Positions 20,722 through 35,500 of a DNA stretch of 64,000 nucleotides are shown here, one piece after another (the stretch's first letter is position 1; each line of letters starts with the position of its first letter). The notes beneath the pieces were generated by a model that did not search any database, was not told where the DNA came from, and saw only the letters and a list, made by a program, of their open reading frames with translations. The stretch comes from Lepidodermella squamata (lineage: Eukaryota > Animalia > Gastrotricha). The stretch covers positions 1 through 64,000 of the forward strand of contig JBLDXI010000013.1 in assembly GCA_047495785.1 (NCBI GenBank). The letters run 5' to 3'. A program made the position numbers and the translations under genes.

Positions 20722-23700
20722 AACTCTCGCCCGTTCGGTCCAATGGATCACCATGAAACTGAATTAGGGTGAAAAGTGAGCTTAGCGATGTGATCCCTCA
20801 TATTTTCTATATAATGATGACGAGGGAAAATAACTGTTTACCTCTGGTCAGTTATCAGCAGCTTCAAAATATGTTCCTAACTAAAGGTATGCATATTGTT
20901 GGCACTTGGCAATACGAAATAAAGGAAGAATTTTTTGATTTTATCATTTGTTAAACATTTTTACTGCGGATACGGATAAGCAAATGTAATCGAAAGAACG
21001 TATTGTAAGGAAATTGTGTGCCTCTATGGGAAAGTATACTCATCCCACTGTTTTCCAAACAAATTACCTGGGACACAAAGGTCCAACATAGAGCGGCAAA
21101 ACAGAAAAACAGAAATATTCAATCGACAGTTGTGGAATTGCGGGTTTACAAAATTATCGCATGAGCAAGATATTGGACAGGTTATTAGGGTTGAAAATTG
21201 ATTCCAGCTTGATGGAAACTTGAATTATCTAATTTGGTGCTAACCTCTGAATTGTTACGCCGTTTTGGGATTGCAAAACCCACACCTACCCTGAGCTAAC
21301 CCTAACCAGAACCCTGAACCTAACCTGAACCCTGAAACTAACCTTAACCAGAACCCTCCTGAACTGAAGGCTATTCGGAAGCCTCCTGAAGTGAGAGCAT
21401 AGACAGGATCCTGATCACGTATTTGAACTTGGAGAACTTGAATGCCGACATTTCGAAACTCTGCTAATAATCTCTCGCACAGCCAGTCAATTTTGCAGTT
21501 ATTTGACCTTTCAAATGTCATGTCAACTTGATAGATTCTGAGCCGATTTAAGAATTATTCACAGGCATAGTGTTATAAGGTCTCCAGATGACAAATATGT
21601 CGCCTAAAATCATGTACGGTTAACGGTAAAAGCTCCAGATCGGTTCCAGATGACCTATTTTGAGTTTGAGATATTCACTTTTGGCATTTCAAAATAATTC
21701 ATAATTTCTCGGATCTCGGATCTTCGGAGTCAATTGGCGATTAATCGAATGGAAATAGTATTATCGGGTCCGCTGATGGCGGAAATGTGGTCGAAAATCA
21801 TGTACGGTGAAGGGAAAAGGTTCCAGATCGATTCCAGATGACCTTATTTGAGTTTGAGAGTCTCACCTTTGGTACTGCCAAAGAAATTTATATTTATTCG
21901 GATCTTGGGTGAATTTTCAAGCGTTGGAATGGAAATAATACTTTCGGGTCCGCCGATCAAGATTATGTGGTCAAAACCCTTGTACGGTGAACAGAAAAGG
22001 TTCCAGATCGATTCCAAGTGGGCTATTTTGAGTTCCGAAATTTAACTTTTGGCATTTCAAATAATTTCATACTTTTTCGGATCTTCATGCATTTCTTGAT
22101 TAACCGCTTGGAAATAGTGTTATTGAGTCCACTGAACGCGGGTACGTGGTCAAGAAACAAGTACGACCAATGACAAAGGTTCCAGATCGATCCCAAATGA
22201 CCTATTTTGAGTTCCGTAATTTGACTTTTGGCATTTCAAATAATTTCATAATTTTTCGGATCTTCATGCATTCCTTGATTAACCGCATGGAAATAGTTTT
22301 ATCGAGTCCGCTTAACGCGGGGATGTGGTCAGGGGACATGTGCGGCCAATGACAAAGGTTCCAGATCGATTCCAAGTGACCTACTTCAGTTTTCAGATTT
22401 TCACTTTTGGATTTTATAAAATTATTGACTATCCCTCGGACCTTCAGGCGGTTGTCGATTAATCAAATAAGCATCATCGGGTCCACCAACCACGATTGTG
22501 GGGTTGAGACCATGCACTGTTAAAAGGAAAAGGTTCCAGCGAGGTACCAATTGACCTTTGTGAGTAATGTAGAAGCCATGTTTGGCTTTTCAAATTTCAT
22601 CTCAACATGACGAATCCTAAGCCAATTTGTGAATAATTTACAGGAATCGTGCTATCAGGTCCGCTGATGGCGATTACGTGGTTGAAAACCATGTACGGTG
22701 AAGGGAAAAGGTTCCAGATCGTTCAAAAATGACCCATTTTGAGTTCGATCTGGTCACCGTTGACGTTTCAAATTTCATCTAAACTTACCGGATTCAGAAC
22801 CAATTGGTGAAATATTTATGGGAATAGTACTTTCGAGTCAGCTGATGACGAATATCAAGTCGAAAAACACACCCGATTCGAGATAAAGGTTCCAGATCGA
22901 TCCCAAATGACATACTTTTAGTTGGAAATCCTCACTTTTGGACTATTGGGACACTTCAAAATAGTCAGGGATTTCTCGGATTTCCATGCTTTTGCCGATG
23001 AAATACATTGAATTGGTACTCTCAGGGCTCCTGAGCACGAATATGATACCAGATTCACGAGGGAATCTCAGAAAAAGGTTCCAGGTCGTTTCCAAATGAC
23101 CTAGTTTGAGTTTGGTGTTTGTAATTAAGCATTTCGAAATTATTCATAAATTCTCGGATCTTCAGGGTATTTTCGGCTATTGGAATGAAAATAGTACTCT
23201 CGGGTCAACCGACCATGAATGTGTCGTCCAAACCTTGGTACGGTGAACAAAAAAAGGTTCCAGAACGATTCCAAGTGACCCACTTGGGGCTTCAAATTTT
23301 CACTTTTGGCATCTTAAAATAATTCATTATGCCTCGGATTTTCAGGCACTGGTCGATTAATCGCATGGAAATAATATTTTCGGGTCCGCTAATGACGATT
23401 ATGTGGTTAAAAACCATGTACGGTGAAGGGAAAAGGTTCCAGATCAATCCCAAATGACCTAATTTGAGTTCAACCTGGTCACGGTTGACCTTTCAAATTT
23501 CATCTAAACTTCCCGGATTCTTGGTCACTTCGTGAATAAATCGCAGGAATAGTAATGTCAGGTCCGCTGATAATGAATATCAAATCGGATTATGAAGGCT
23601 ATCTACCATAATGGTTCCAGAGCGAATCCAAATCACGTACTTTGAAGTGGAAAATTAAACAATTTTACCTTTCAATTTTGATCTCAACTTGACGAATCCT

Positions 23701-25712
23701 GAGCCATTTGGTGAAAAATTGACGGGAATAGCACAATCAGGTCCGCTGATGAGGAATATCAAGTCGGAAAACACACCCGATTCGAGATAAAAGATCCAGA
23801 TCGATCCCAAATGACCTACTTTGACTTTTAAATTTTCATGTTTGACCTTTCAAACGGGTCGTTAAATTGTCGGATTCTTCGCCAATTTGTGAATAATTTA
23901 CAGGAATCATGATATGAGGACCGCTGATGACGATAACGTGGTTGAAAACCATGTACGGTGAAGGGAAAAGGTTCCAGACCGATCCCAAATGACCTACTTT
24001 GACTTTTAAATTTTCATGATTGACCTTTCAAATTTGATCTTAACTTATCGGATTCTCGGCCAGTTTGTGAATAATTTACAGGAATCATGCTATCAGGTCC
24101 GCTGATGGCGATTACGTGGTTGAAAACCATGTACGGTGAAGGGAAAAGGTTCCAGATCGTTCCAAAATGACCCATTTTGAGTTCGATCTGGTCACGGTTG
24201 ACCTTTCAAATTTCATCTAAACTTACCGGATTCAGAGCCAATTGGTGAAATATTGACAGGAATAGTACTATCAAGTCAGCTGATGACGAATATCAAGTTG
24301 AATCAAGACGGCTGTCGATAATAAAGGTTCCGGAGCGAACTAAAATCATCTATTTCGAAATTGAGATTTTCACTTTTGGCATTTCAAAATAATTCATATT
24401 TTCTCGGATCTTCAGTCAGCTGCAGATTAATCGCATGGAATTAGTATTATCGGGTCCGCTGATGGTGGAAATGTGGTCGAAAATCATGTACGGTGAAGGG
24501 AAAAGGTTCCAGATCGGTTCCAAATGACCTACTTTGAAATTTAAAATGTCACTTATGGAGGTTCAAATTCTTCAACAATTCCGTTGATCCTGAGTTAACT
24601 ATTGATTAAACACAAAGAATAAGTAAAATGGGGTCCGCTGATTGCGGAAATCATATCCAAAACGAGGTACGTCTAATATTGAGGGTTCCAGATTTATTTA
24701 ACGTGACCTGTTGGGTCATAATTTTGTGAAATTACTTGCTCATTTATTTCGCTTGTTAAGTTTTCATTCCCGCTGAATACGATTGGCATAACGATGAGGT
24801 GCACCTTCAGGGGATGCATCTGCACTTGTCAGTTTTGCCCGCTTCTTGTGTTCATGCTGTAATTTGCATTTTAATTTCCAAAAATATCTTGGAAATAATT
24901 TTTTATGTGCTTTAGTTTGCACGTGACTTGAGCTTGGAATCTTATTTCATTCATAAAGAACGACTCGCTAATTAAATACAACGCATGAATAAGATCCATG
25001 TGACTTGACTTGGCACGACGATTGGCAAAATCTGGCGAGAAAATAATTTACGCAGCCATTCAATCAAAGAAGCTTATAAAAGTCTTTCTCGAAGACTGTA
25101 AAATTATCAATCGCTCTTCAACAGCACTATCTGTTAAACTTTGTTTTCAACATATAGTAAGTTTGAGGACACTAGTGTAAAACCCTTCATAACTTTTGCT
25201 TCAACGTTTGACGAATATTGAAGTAATTTGAAGTAATTTTTTCAAAGTTATGAAACTGTTCCAAGGCAGTAGACTTATGTTGAAATGTTTACAATTTATT
25301 TATTTCTAATTCTATCCTTTGTAATTTCCCTGACTCCCCTGGGTCATGGTGAAATATTAATAATTTGCCTGACTCCCCTGGGTCATGGTAAAATAAATAA
25401 TTTGCCTGACTCCCCTGGGTCATGGTAAAATAAGATCAAACAGAAAATGACTCCTCTGGGTCATTCTTCTGATTGAATTGTATTCATTCTTTGAATACAA
25501 ATTTTGAGCCATTTGTCGGGAATTTTTTATCGGATCTCAGTATTATCGCGGAGTGGTTAGGAACACATAATTTTTGTGATGAAGAATTATCACAAACATA
25601 AAAATGATGCTCATCTTGGATCCCTATGATGGAGTAATGGTAGGGCCCGGTTTGACTCTCGGTAAAACGAGAGGCCCCGGTTTGCAGCTCGTCTGTATTA
25701 AACTATTACCAA
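20722..25712 (+). mobile_element. Subtelomeric L unit 2
   Basis: Diverged paralog of L1 with ~18 monomers. It ends ...ctattaccaaTAACCCTAAC followed by telomeric repeats. Confidence 0.6.
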
Positions 25713-25785
25713 TAACCCTAACCCTAACCCTAACCCTAACCCTAACCCTAACCCTAACCCTAACCCTAACCCTAACCCTAACCCT
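25713..25785 (+). repeat. Interstitial telomeric tract
   Basis: (CCCTAA)~12. Confidence 0.97.
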
Positions 25786-26756
25786 CCTGAAATTTCACTT
25801 TTGGCATTTCAAATAATTTCATAATTCTTCGGATCTTCAGGCATTTCTCGATTAATCGCATGGAAATAGTGTTATCGAGTCCGCTTTACGCGAATATGTG
25901 GTCAAAAAACATGTACGGCCAATGACAAAGGCACCAGATCGATCCAAAATGACCTATTTTGAGTCCTGAAACTTCACTTTTGGCATTTCAAATAATTTCA
26001 TAATTCTTCGGATCTTCAGGCATTTCTCGATTAATCGCATGGAAATAGTGTTATCGAGTCCGCTTTACGCGAATATGTGGTCAAAAAACATGTACGGCCA
26101 ATGACAAAGGCACCAGATCGATCCAAAAGGACCTAGTTCCAAGATAGTTCCAAGATGGGTTCCAAGATGACGCACTGAGAACAAAACACTGCTTTACAGG
26201 AATTGAAATCTCGCTTGTTATGTTGCTCAAGCACATGTTACGATCGTTTATTTGTTCGCCAGCTGCTCACGAAATTACGTAAATAGCAGAGTTCGAAGCA
26301 TTTAAAAGACGATGAGAAAAACTCATAAAACAAGCTCTCGTTGAGGTTTAAAGTCACTGATGAGCTACCTTAGCCAAGTAGCGAAACCGGTCTGACGAAT
26401 GGCTAACCTCTAAGTTTTCTTTTAAATCACTAATCAGTTTATTTGTTAAAATTTGTCGGTTCTAACACTGGGTTAATATCTTCAAAACAACCAATGGCTC
26501 CCCTGGGCCTCAGAATACCAACTCCCCTGGGTTGGCAATTCTCATTTAAGGTAGAGACCCCGTTCTCTTACCTCATGACAAGCGAAGGCTCCTCTGGGCC
26601 ACGGATTACTAACTCACCTGGATGAGTAATTCTTACACAAGGTAGAGACCCCGATCTCTAACCTCGACTCCTGAAGAGTAATGGTAGGGCCCGGCTTGTT
26701 TTCCTTCTGGAAAACCCCGGTTTGCAGCTTCGTCTGTAGTCACACACCACTCAAAA
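25786..26756 (+). mobile_element. Subtelomeric S unit 1 (2 satellite monomers + hammerhead + hairpins + conserved 3' domain)
   Basis: Telomeric tracts flank both sides. It has two near-identical ~179-bp monomers, a hammerhead, and a 3' domain homologous to that of the L units. Confidence 0.65.
26343..26410 (+). ncRNA. Type I hammerhead ribozyme (S unit 1)
   Basis: Helix I GTCA/TGAC, CTGATGA 26357-26363, helix II GCTAC/GTAGC, GAAA, ACCGGT, GUC cleavage after 26392. Confidence 0.92.
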
Positions 26757-26810
26757 AACCCTAACCCTAACCCTAACCCTAACCCTAACCCTAACCCTAA
26801 CCCTAACCCT
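26757..26810 (+). repeat. Interstitial telomeric tract
   Basis: (CCCTAA)~9. Confidence 0.97.
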
Positions 26811-29800
26811 GGGACACAAAGGTCCAACATAGAGCGGCAAAACAGAAAAACAGAAATATTCAATCGACAGTTGTGGAATTGCGGGTTTACAAAATTATCG
26901 CATGAGCAAGATATTGGACAGGTTATTAGGGTTGAAAATTGATTCCAGCTTGATGGAAACTTGAATTATCTAATTTGGTGCTAACCTCTGAATTGTTACG
27001 CCGTTTTGGGATTGCAAAACCCACACCTACCCTGAGCTAACCCTAACCAGAACCCTGAACCTAACCTGAACCCTGAAACTAACCTTAACCAGAACCCTCC
27101 TGAACTGAAGGCTATTCGGAAGCCTCCTGAAGTGAGAGCATAGACAGGATCCTGATCACGTATTTGAACTTGGAGAACTTGAATGCCGACATTTCGAAAC
27201 TCTGCTAATAATCTCTCGCACAGCCAGTCAATTTTGCAGTTATTTGACCTTTCAAATGTCATGTCAACTTGATAGATTCTGAGCCGATTTAAGAATTATT
27301 CACAGGCATAGTGTTATAAGGTCTCCAGATGACAAATATGTCGCCTAAAATCATGTACGGTTAACGGTAAAAGCTCCAGATCGGTTCCAGATGACCTATT
27401 TTGAGTTTGAGATATTCACTTTTGGCATTTCAAAATAATTCATAATTTCTCGGATCTCGGATCTTCGGAGTCAATTGGCGATTAATCGAATGGAAATAGT
27501 ATTATCGGGTCCGCTGATGGCGGAAATGTGGTCGAAAATCATGTACGGTGAAGGGAAAAGGTTCCAGATCGATTCCAGATGACCTTATTTGAGTTTGAGA
27601 GTCTCACCTTTGGTACTGCCAAAGAAATTTATATTTATTCGGATCTTGGGTGAATTTTCAAGCGTTGGAATGGAAATAATACTTTCGGGTCCGCCGATCA
27701 AGATTATGTGGTCAAAACCCTTGTACGGTGAACAGAAAAGGTTCCAGATCGATTCCAAGTGGGCTATTTTGAGTTCCGAAATTTAACTTTTGGCATTTCA
27801 AATAATTTCATACTTTTTCGGATCTTCATGCATTTCTTGATTAACCGCTTGGAAATAGTGTTATTGAGTCCACTGAACGCGGGTACGTGGTCAAGAAACA
27901 AGTACGACCAATGACAAAGGTTCCAGATCGATCCCAAATGACCTATTTTGAGTTCCGTAATTTGACTTTTGGCATTTCAAATAATTTCATAATTTTTCGG
28001 ATCTTCATGCATTCCTTGATTAACCGCATGGAAATAGTTTTATCGAGTCCGCTTAACGCGGGGATGTGGTCAGGGGACATGTGCGGCCAATGACAAAGGT
28101 TCCAGATCGATTCCAAGTGACCTACTTCAGTTTTCAGATTTTCACTTTTGGATTTTATAAAATTATTGACTATCCCTCGGACCTTCAGGCGGTTGTCGAT
28201 TAATCAAATAAGCATCATCGGGTCCACCAACCACGATTGTGGGGTTGAGACCATGCACTGTTAAAAGGAAAAGGTTCCAGCGAGGTACCAATTGACCTTT
28301 GTGAGTAATGTAGAAGCCATGTTTGGCTTTTCAAATTTCATCTCAACATGACGAATCCTAAGCCAATTTGTGAATAATTTACAGGAATCGTGCTATCAGG
28401 TCCGCTGATGGCGATTACGTGGTTGAAAACCATGTACGGTGAAGGGAAAAGGTTCCAGATCGTTCAAAAATGACCCATTTTGAGTTCGATCTGGTCACCG
28501 TTGACGTTTCAAATTTCATCTAAACTTACCGGATTCAGAACCAATTGGTGAAATATTTATGGGAATAGTACTTTCGAGTCAGCTGATGACGAATATCAAG
28601 TCGAAAAACACACCCGATTCGAGATAAAGGTTCCAGATCGATCCCAAATGACATACTTTTAGTTGGAAATCCTCACTTTTGGACTATTGGGACACTTCAA
28701 AATAGTCAGGGATTTCTCGGATTTCCATGCTTTTGCCGATGAAATACATTGAATTGGTACTCTCAGGGCTCCTGAGCACGAATATGATACCAGATTCACG
28801 AGGGAATCTCAGAAAAAGGTTCCAGGTCGTTTCCAAATGACCTAGTTTGAGTTTGGTGTTTGTAATTAAGCATTTCGAAATTATTCATAAATTCTCGGAT
28901 CTTCAGGGTATTTTCGGCTATTGGAATGAAAATAGTACTCTCGGGTCAACCGACCATGAATGTGTCGTCCAAACCTTGGTACGGTGAACAAAAAAAGGTT
29001 CCAGAACGATTCCAAGTGACCCACTTGGGGCTTCAAATTTTCACTTTTGGCATCTTAAAATAATTCATTATGCCTCGGATTTTCAGGCACTGGTCGATTA
29101 ATCGCATGGAAATAATATTTTCGGGTCCGCTAATGACGATTATGTGGTTAAAAACCATGTACGGTGAAGGGAAAAGGTTCCAGATCAATCCCAAATGACC
29201 TAATTTGAGTTCAACCTGGTCACGGTTGACCTTTCAAATTTCATCTAAACTTCCCGGATTCTTGGTCACTTCGTGAATAAATCGCAGGAATAGTAATGTC
29301 AGGTCCGCTGATAATGAATATCAAATCGGATTATGAAGGCTATCTACCATAATGGTTCCAGAGCGAATCCAAATCACGTACTTTGAAGTGGAAAATTAAA
29401 CAATTTTACCTTTCAATTTTGATCTCAACTTGACGAATCCTGAGCCATTTGGTGAAAAATTGACGGGAATAGCACAATCAGGTCCGCTGATGAGGAATAT
29501 CAAGTCGGAAAACACACCCGATTCGAGATAAAAGATCCAGATCGATCCCAAATGACCTACTTTGACTTTTAAATTTTCATGTTTGACCTTTCAAACGGGT
29601 CGTTAAATTGTCGGATTCTTCGCCAATTTGTGAATAATTTACAGGAATCATGATATGAGGACCGCTGATGACGATAACGTGGTTGAAAACCATGTACGGT
29701 GAAGGGAAAAGGTTCCAGACCGATCCCAAATGACCTACTTTGACTTTTAAATTTTCATGATTGACCTTTCAAATTTGATCTTAACTTATCGGATTCTCGG

Positions 29801-31453
29801 CCAGTTTGTGAATAATTTACAGGAATCATGCTATCAGGTCCGCTGATGGCGATTACGTGGTTGAAAACCATGTACGGTGAAGGGAAAAGGTTCCAGATCG
29901 TTCCAAAATGACCCATTTTGAGTTCGATCTGGTCACGGTTGACCTTTCAAATTTCATCTAAACTTACCGGATTCAGAGCCAATTGGTGAAATATTGACAG
30001 GAATAGTACTATCAAGTCAGCTGATGACGAATATCAAGTTGAATCAAGACGGCTGTCGATAATAAAGGTTCCGGAGCGAACTAAAATCATCTATTTCGAA
30101 ATTGAGATTTTCACTTTTGGCATTTCAAAATAATTCATATTTTCTCGGATCTTCAGTCAACTGCAGATTAATCGCATGGAATTAGTATTATCGGGTCCGC
30201 TGATGGTGGAAATGTGGTCGAAAATCATGTACGGTGAAGGGAAAAGGTTCCAGATCGGTTCCAAATGACCTACTTTGAAATTTAAAATGTCACTTATGGA
30301 GGTTCAAATTCTTCAACAATTCCGTTGATCCTGAGTTAACTATTGATTAAACACAAAGAATAAGTAAAATGGGGTCCGCTGATTGCGGAAATCATATCCA
30401 AAACGAGGTACGTCTAATATTGAGGGTTCCAGATTTATTTAACGTGACCTGTTGGGTCATAATTTTGTGAAATTACTTGCTCATTTATTTCGCTTGTTAA
30501 GTTTTCATTCCCGCTGAATACGATTGGCATAACGATGAGGTGCACCTTCAGGGGATGCATCTGCACTTGTCAGTTTTGCCCGCTTCTTGTGTTCATGCTG
30601 TAATTTGCATTTTAATTTCCAAAAATATCTTGGAAATAATTTTTTATGTGCTTTAGTTTGCACGTGACTTGAGCTTGGAATCTTATTTCATTCATAAAGA
30701 ACGACTCGCTAATTAAATACAACGCATGAATAAGATCCATGTGACTTGACTTGGCACGACGATTGGCAAAATCTGGCGAGAAAATAATTTACGCAGCCAT
30801 TCAATCAAAGAAGCTTATAAAAGTCTTTCTCGAAGACTGTAAAATTATCAATCGCTCTTCAACAGCACTATCTGTTAAACTTTGTTTTCAACATATAGTA
30901 AGTTTGAGGACACTAGTGTAAAACCCTTCATAACTTTTGCTTCAACGTTTGACGAATATTGAAGTAATTTGAAGTAATTTTTTCAAAGTTATGAAACTGT
31001 TCCAAGGCAGTAGACTTATGTTGAAATGTTTACAATTTATTTATTTCTAATTCTATCCTTTGTAATTTCCCTGACTCCCCTGGGTCATGGTGAAATATTA
31101 ATAATTTGCCTGACTCCCCTGGGTCATGGTAAAATAAATAATTTGCCTGACTCCCCTGGGTCATGGTAAAATAAGATCAAACAGAAAATGACTCCTCTGG
31201 GTCATTCTTCTGATTGAATTGTATTCATTCTTTGAATACAAATTTTGAGCCATTTGTCGGGAATTTTTTATCGGATCTCAGTATTATCGCGGAGTGGTTA
31301 GGAACACATAATTTTTGTGATGAAGAATTATCACAAACATAAAAATGATGCTCATCTTGGATCCCTATGATGGAGTAATGGTAGGGCCCGGTTTGACTCT
31401 CGGTAAAACGAGAGGCCCCGGTTTGCAGCTCGTCTGTATTAAACTATTACCAA
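26811..31453 (+). mobile_element. Subtelomeric L unit 3 (5'-truncated)
   Basis: Essentially identical to 21070-25712 (offset 5741). Confidence 0.6.
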
Positions 31454-31526
31454 TAACCCTAACCCTAACCCTAACCCTAACCCTAACCCTAACCCTAACC
31501 CTAACCCTAACCCTAACCCTAACCCT
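31454..31526 (+). repeat. Interstitial telomeric tract
   Basis: Same length as 25713-25785. Confidence 0.97.
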
Positions 31527-32497
31527 CCTGAAATTTCACTTTTGGCATTTCAAATAATTTCATAATTCTTCGGATCTTCAGGCATTTCTCGATTAATCGC
31601 ATGGAAATAGTGTTATCGAGTCCGCTTTACGCGAATATGTGGTCAAAAAACATGTACGGCCAATGACAAAGGCACCAGATCGATCCAAAATGACCTATTT
31701 TGAGTCCTGAAACTTCACTTTTGGCATTTCAAATAATTTCATAATTCTTCGGATCTTCAGGCATTTCTCGATTAATCGCATGGAAATAGTGTTATCGAGT
31801 CCGCTTTACGCGAATATGTGGTCAAAAAACATGTACGGCCAATGACAAAGGCACCAGATCGATCCAAAAGGACCTAGTTCCAAGATAGTTCCAAGATGGG
31901 TTCCAAGATGACGCACTGAGAACAAAACACTGCTTTACAGGAATTGAAATCTCGCTTGTTATGTTGCTCAAGCACATGTTACGATCGTTTATTTGTTCGC
32001 CAGCTGCTCACGAAATTACGTAAATAGCAGAGTTCGAAGCATTTAAAAGACGATGAGAAAAACTCATAAAACAAGCTCTCGTTGAGGTTTAAAGTCACTG
32101 ATGAGCTACCTTAGCCAAGTAGCGAAACCGGTCTGACGAATGGCTAACCTCTAAGTTTTCTTTTAAATCACTAATCAGTTTATTTGTTAAAATTTGTCGG
32201 TTCTAACACTGGGTTAATATCTTCAAAACAACCAATGGCTCCCCTGGGCCTCAGAATACCAACTCCCCTGGGTTGGCAATTCTCATTTAAGGTAGAGACC
32301 CCGTTCTCTTACCTCATGACAAGCGAAGGCTCCTCTGGGCCACGGATTACTAACTCACCTGGATGAGTAATTCTTACACAAGGTAGAGACCCCGATCTCT
32401 AACCTCGACTCCTGAAGAGTAATGGTAGGGCCCGGCTTGTTTTCCTTCTGGAAAACCCCGGTTTGCAGCTTCGTCTGTAGTCACACACCACTCAAAA
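31527..32497 (+). mobile_element. Subtelomeric S unit 2
   Basis: Duplicate of 25786-26756. Confidence 0.65.
32084..32151 (+). ncRNA. Type I hammerhead ribozyme (S unit 2)
   Basis: Identical to 26343-26410. Confidence 0.92.
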
Positions 32498-32551
32498 AAC
32501 CCTAACCCTAACCCTAACCCTAACCCTAACCCTAACCCTAACCCTAACCCT
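32498..32551 (+). repeat. Interstitial telomeric tract
   Basis: Same length as 26757-26810. Confidence 0.97.
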
Positions 32552-35500
32552 GGGACACAAAGGTCCAACATAGAGCGGCAAAACAGAAAAACAGAAATAT
32601 TCAATCGACAGTTGTGGAATTGCGGGTTTACAAAATTATCGCATGAGCAAGATATTGGACAGGTTATTAGGGTTGAAAATTGATTCCAGCTTGATGGAAA
32701 CTTGAATTATCTAATTTGGTGCTAACCTCTGAATTGTTACGCCGTTTTGGGATTGCAAAACCCACACCTACCCTGAGCTAACCCTAACCAGAACCCTGAA
32801 CCTAACCCTAACCTGAACCCTGAAACTAACCTTAACCAGAACCCTCCTGAACTGAAGGCTATTCGGAAGCCTCCTGAAGTGAGAGCATAGACAGGATCCT
32901 GATCACGTATTTGAACTTGGAGAACTTGAATGCCGACATTTCGAAACTCTGCTAATAATCTCTCGCACAGCCAGTCAATTTTGCAGTTATTTGACCTTTC
33001 AAATGTCATGTCAACTTGATAGATTCTGAGCCGATTTAAGAATTATTCACAGGCATAGTGTTATAAGGTCTCCAGATGACAAATATGTCGCCTAAAATCA
33101 TGTACGGTTAACGGTAAAAGCTCCAGATCGGTTCCAGATGACCTATTTTGAGTTTGAGATATTCACTTTTGGCATTTCAAAATAATTCATAATTTCTCGG
33201 ATCTTCAGTCAATTGGCGATTAATCGAATGGAAATAGTATTATCGGGTCCGCTGATGGCGGAAATGTGGTCGAAAATCATGTACGGTGAAGGGAAAAGGT
33301 TCCAGATCGATTCCAGATGACCTTATTTGAGTTTGAGAGTCTCACCTTTGGTACTGCCAAAGAAATTCATATTTATTCGGATCTTGGGTGAATTTTCAAG
33401 CGATGGAATGGAAATAATACTTTCGGGTCCGCCGATCAAGATTATGTGGTCAAAACCCTTGTACGGTGAACAGAAAAGGTTCCAGATCGATTCCAAGTGG
33501 GCTATTTTGAGTTCCGAAATTTAACTTTTGGCATTTCAAATAATTTCATAATTTTTCGGATCTTCATGCATTTCTTGATTAACCGCTTGGAAATAGTGTT
33601 ATTGAGTCCACTGAACGCGGGTACGTGGTCAAGAAACAAGTACGACCAATGACAAAGGTTCCAGATCGATTCCAAGTGACCTACTTCAGTTTTCAGATTT
33701 TCACTTTTGGATTTTATAAAATTATTGACTATCCCTCGGACCTTCAGGCGGTTGTCGATTTATCAAATAAGCATCATCGGGTCCACCAACAACCACGATT
33801 GTGGGGTTGAGACCATGCACTGTTAAAAGGAAAAGGTTCCAGCGAGGTACCAATTGACCTTTGTGAGTAATGTAGAAGCCATGTTTGGCTTTTCAAATTT
33901 CATCTCAACATGACGAATCCTAAGCCAATTTGTGAATAATTTACAGGAATCATGCTATCAGGTCCGCTGATGGCGATTACGTGGTTGAAAACCATGTACG
34001 GTGAAGGGAAAAGGTTCCAGATCGTTCCAAAATGACCCATTTTGAGTTCGATCTGGTCACGGTTGACCTTTCAAATTTCATCTAAACTTACCGGATTCAG
34101 AACCAATTGGTGAAATATTTATGGGAATAGTACTTTCGAGTCAGCGGATGATGAATATCAAGTCGAAAAACACACCCGATTCGAGATAAAGGTTCCAGAT
34201 CGATCCCAAATGACATACTTTTAGTTGGAAATCCTCACTTTTGGACTATTGGGACACTTCAAAATAGTCAGGGATTTCTCGGATTTCCATGCTTTTGCCG
34301 ATGAAATACATTGAATTGGTACTCTCAGGGCTCCTGAGCACGAATATGATACCAGATTCACGAGGGAATCTCAGAAAAAGGTTCCATGTCATTTCCAAAT
34401 GACCTAGTTTGAGTTTGGTGTTTGTAATTAAGCATTTCGAAATTATTCATAAATTCTCGGATCTTCAGGGTATTTTCGGCTATTGGAATGAAAATAGTAC
34501 TCTCGGGTCAACCGACCATGAATGTGTCGTCCAAACCTTGGTACGGTGAACAAAAAAAGGTTCCAGAACGATTCCAAGTGACCCACTTGGGGCTTCAAAT
34601 TTTCACTTTTGGCATCTTAAAATAATTCATTATGCCTCGGATTTTCAGACACTGGTCGATTAATCGCATGGAAATAATATTTTCGGGTCCGCTAATGACG
34701 ATTATGTGGTTAAAAACCATGTACGGTGAAGGGAAAAGGTTCCAGATCAATCCCAAATGACCTAATTTGAGTTCAACCTGGTCACGGTTGACCTTTCAAA
34801 TTTCATCTAAACTTCCCGGATTCTTGGTCACTTCGTGAATAAATCGCAGGAATAGTAATGTCAGGTCCGCTGATAATGAATATCAAATCGGATTATGAAG
34901 GCTATCTACCATAATGGTTCCAGAGCGAATCCAAATCACGTACTTTGAAGTGGAAATTTAAACAATTTTACCTTTCAATTTTGATCATAACTTGACGGAT
35001 CCTGAGCCATTTGGTGAAAAATTGACGGGAATAGCACAATCAGGTCCGCTGATGAGGAATATCAAGTCGGAAAACACACCCGATTCGAGATAAAAGATCC
35101 AGATCGATCCCAAATGACCTACTTTGACTTTTAAATTTTCATGTTTGACCTTTCAAATGGGTCGTTAAATTGTCGGATTCTTCGCCAATTTGTGAATAAT
35201 TTACAGGAATCATGATATGAGGACCGCTGATGACGATAACGTGGTTGAAAACCATGTACGGTGAAGGGAAAAGGTTCCAGACCGATCCCAAATGACCTAC
35301 TTTGACTTTTAAATTTTCATGATTGACCTTTCAAATTTGATCTTAACTTATCGGATTCTCGGCCAGTTTGTGAATAATTTACAGGAATCATGCTATCAGG
35401 TCCGCTGATGGCGATTACGTGGTTGAAAACCATGTACGGTGAAGGGAAAAGGTTCCAGATCGTTCCAAAATGACCCATTTTGAGTTCGATCTGGTCACGG

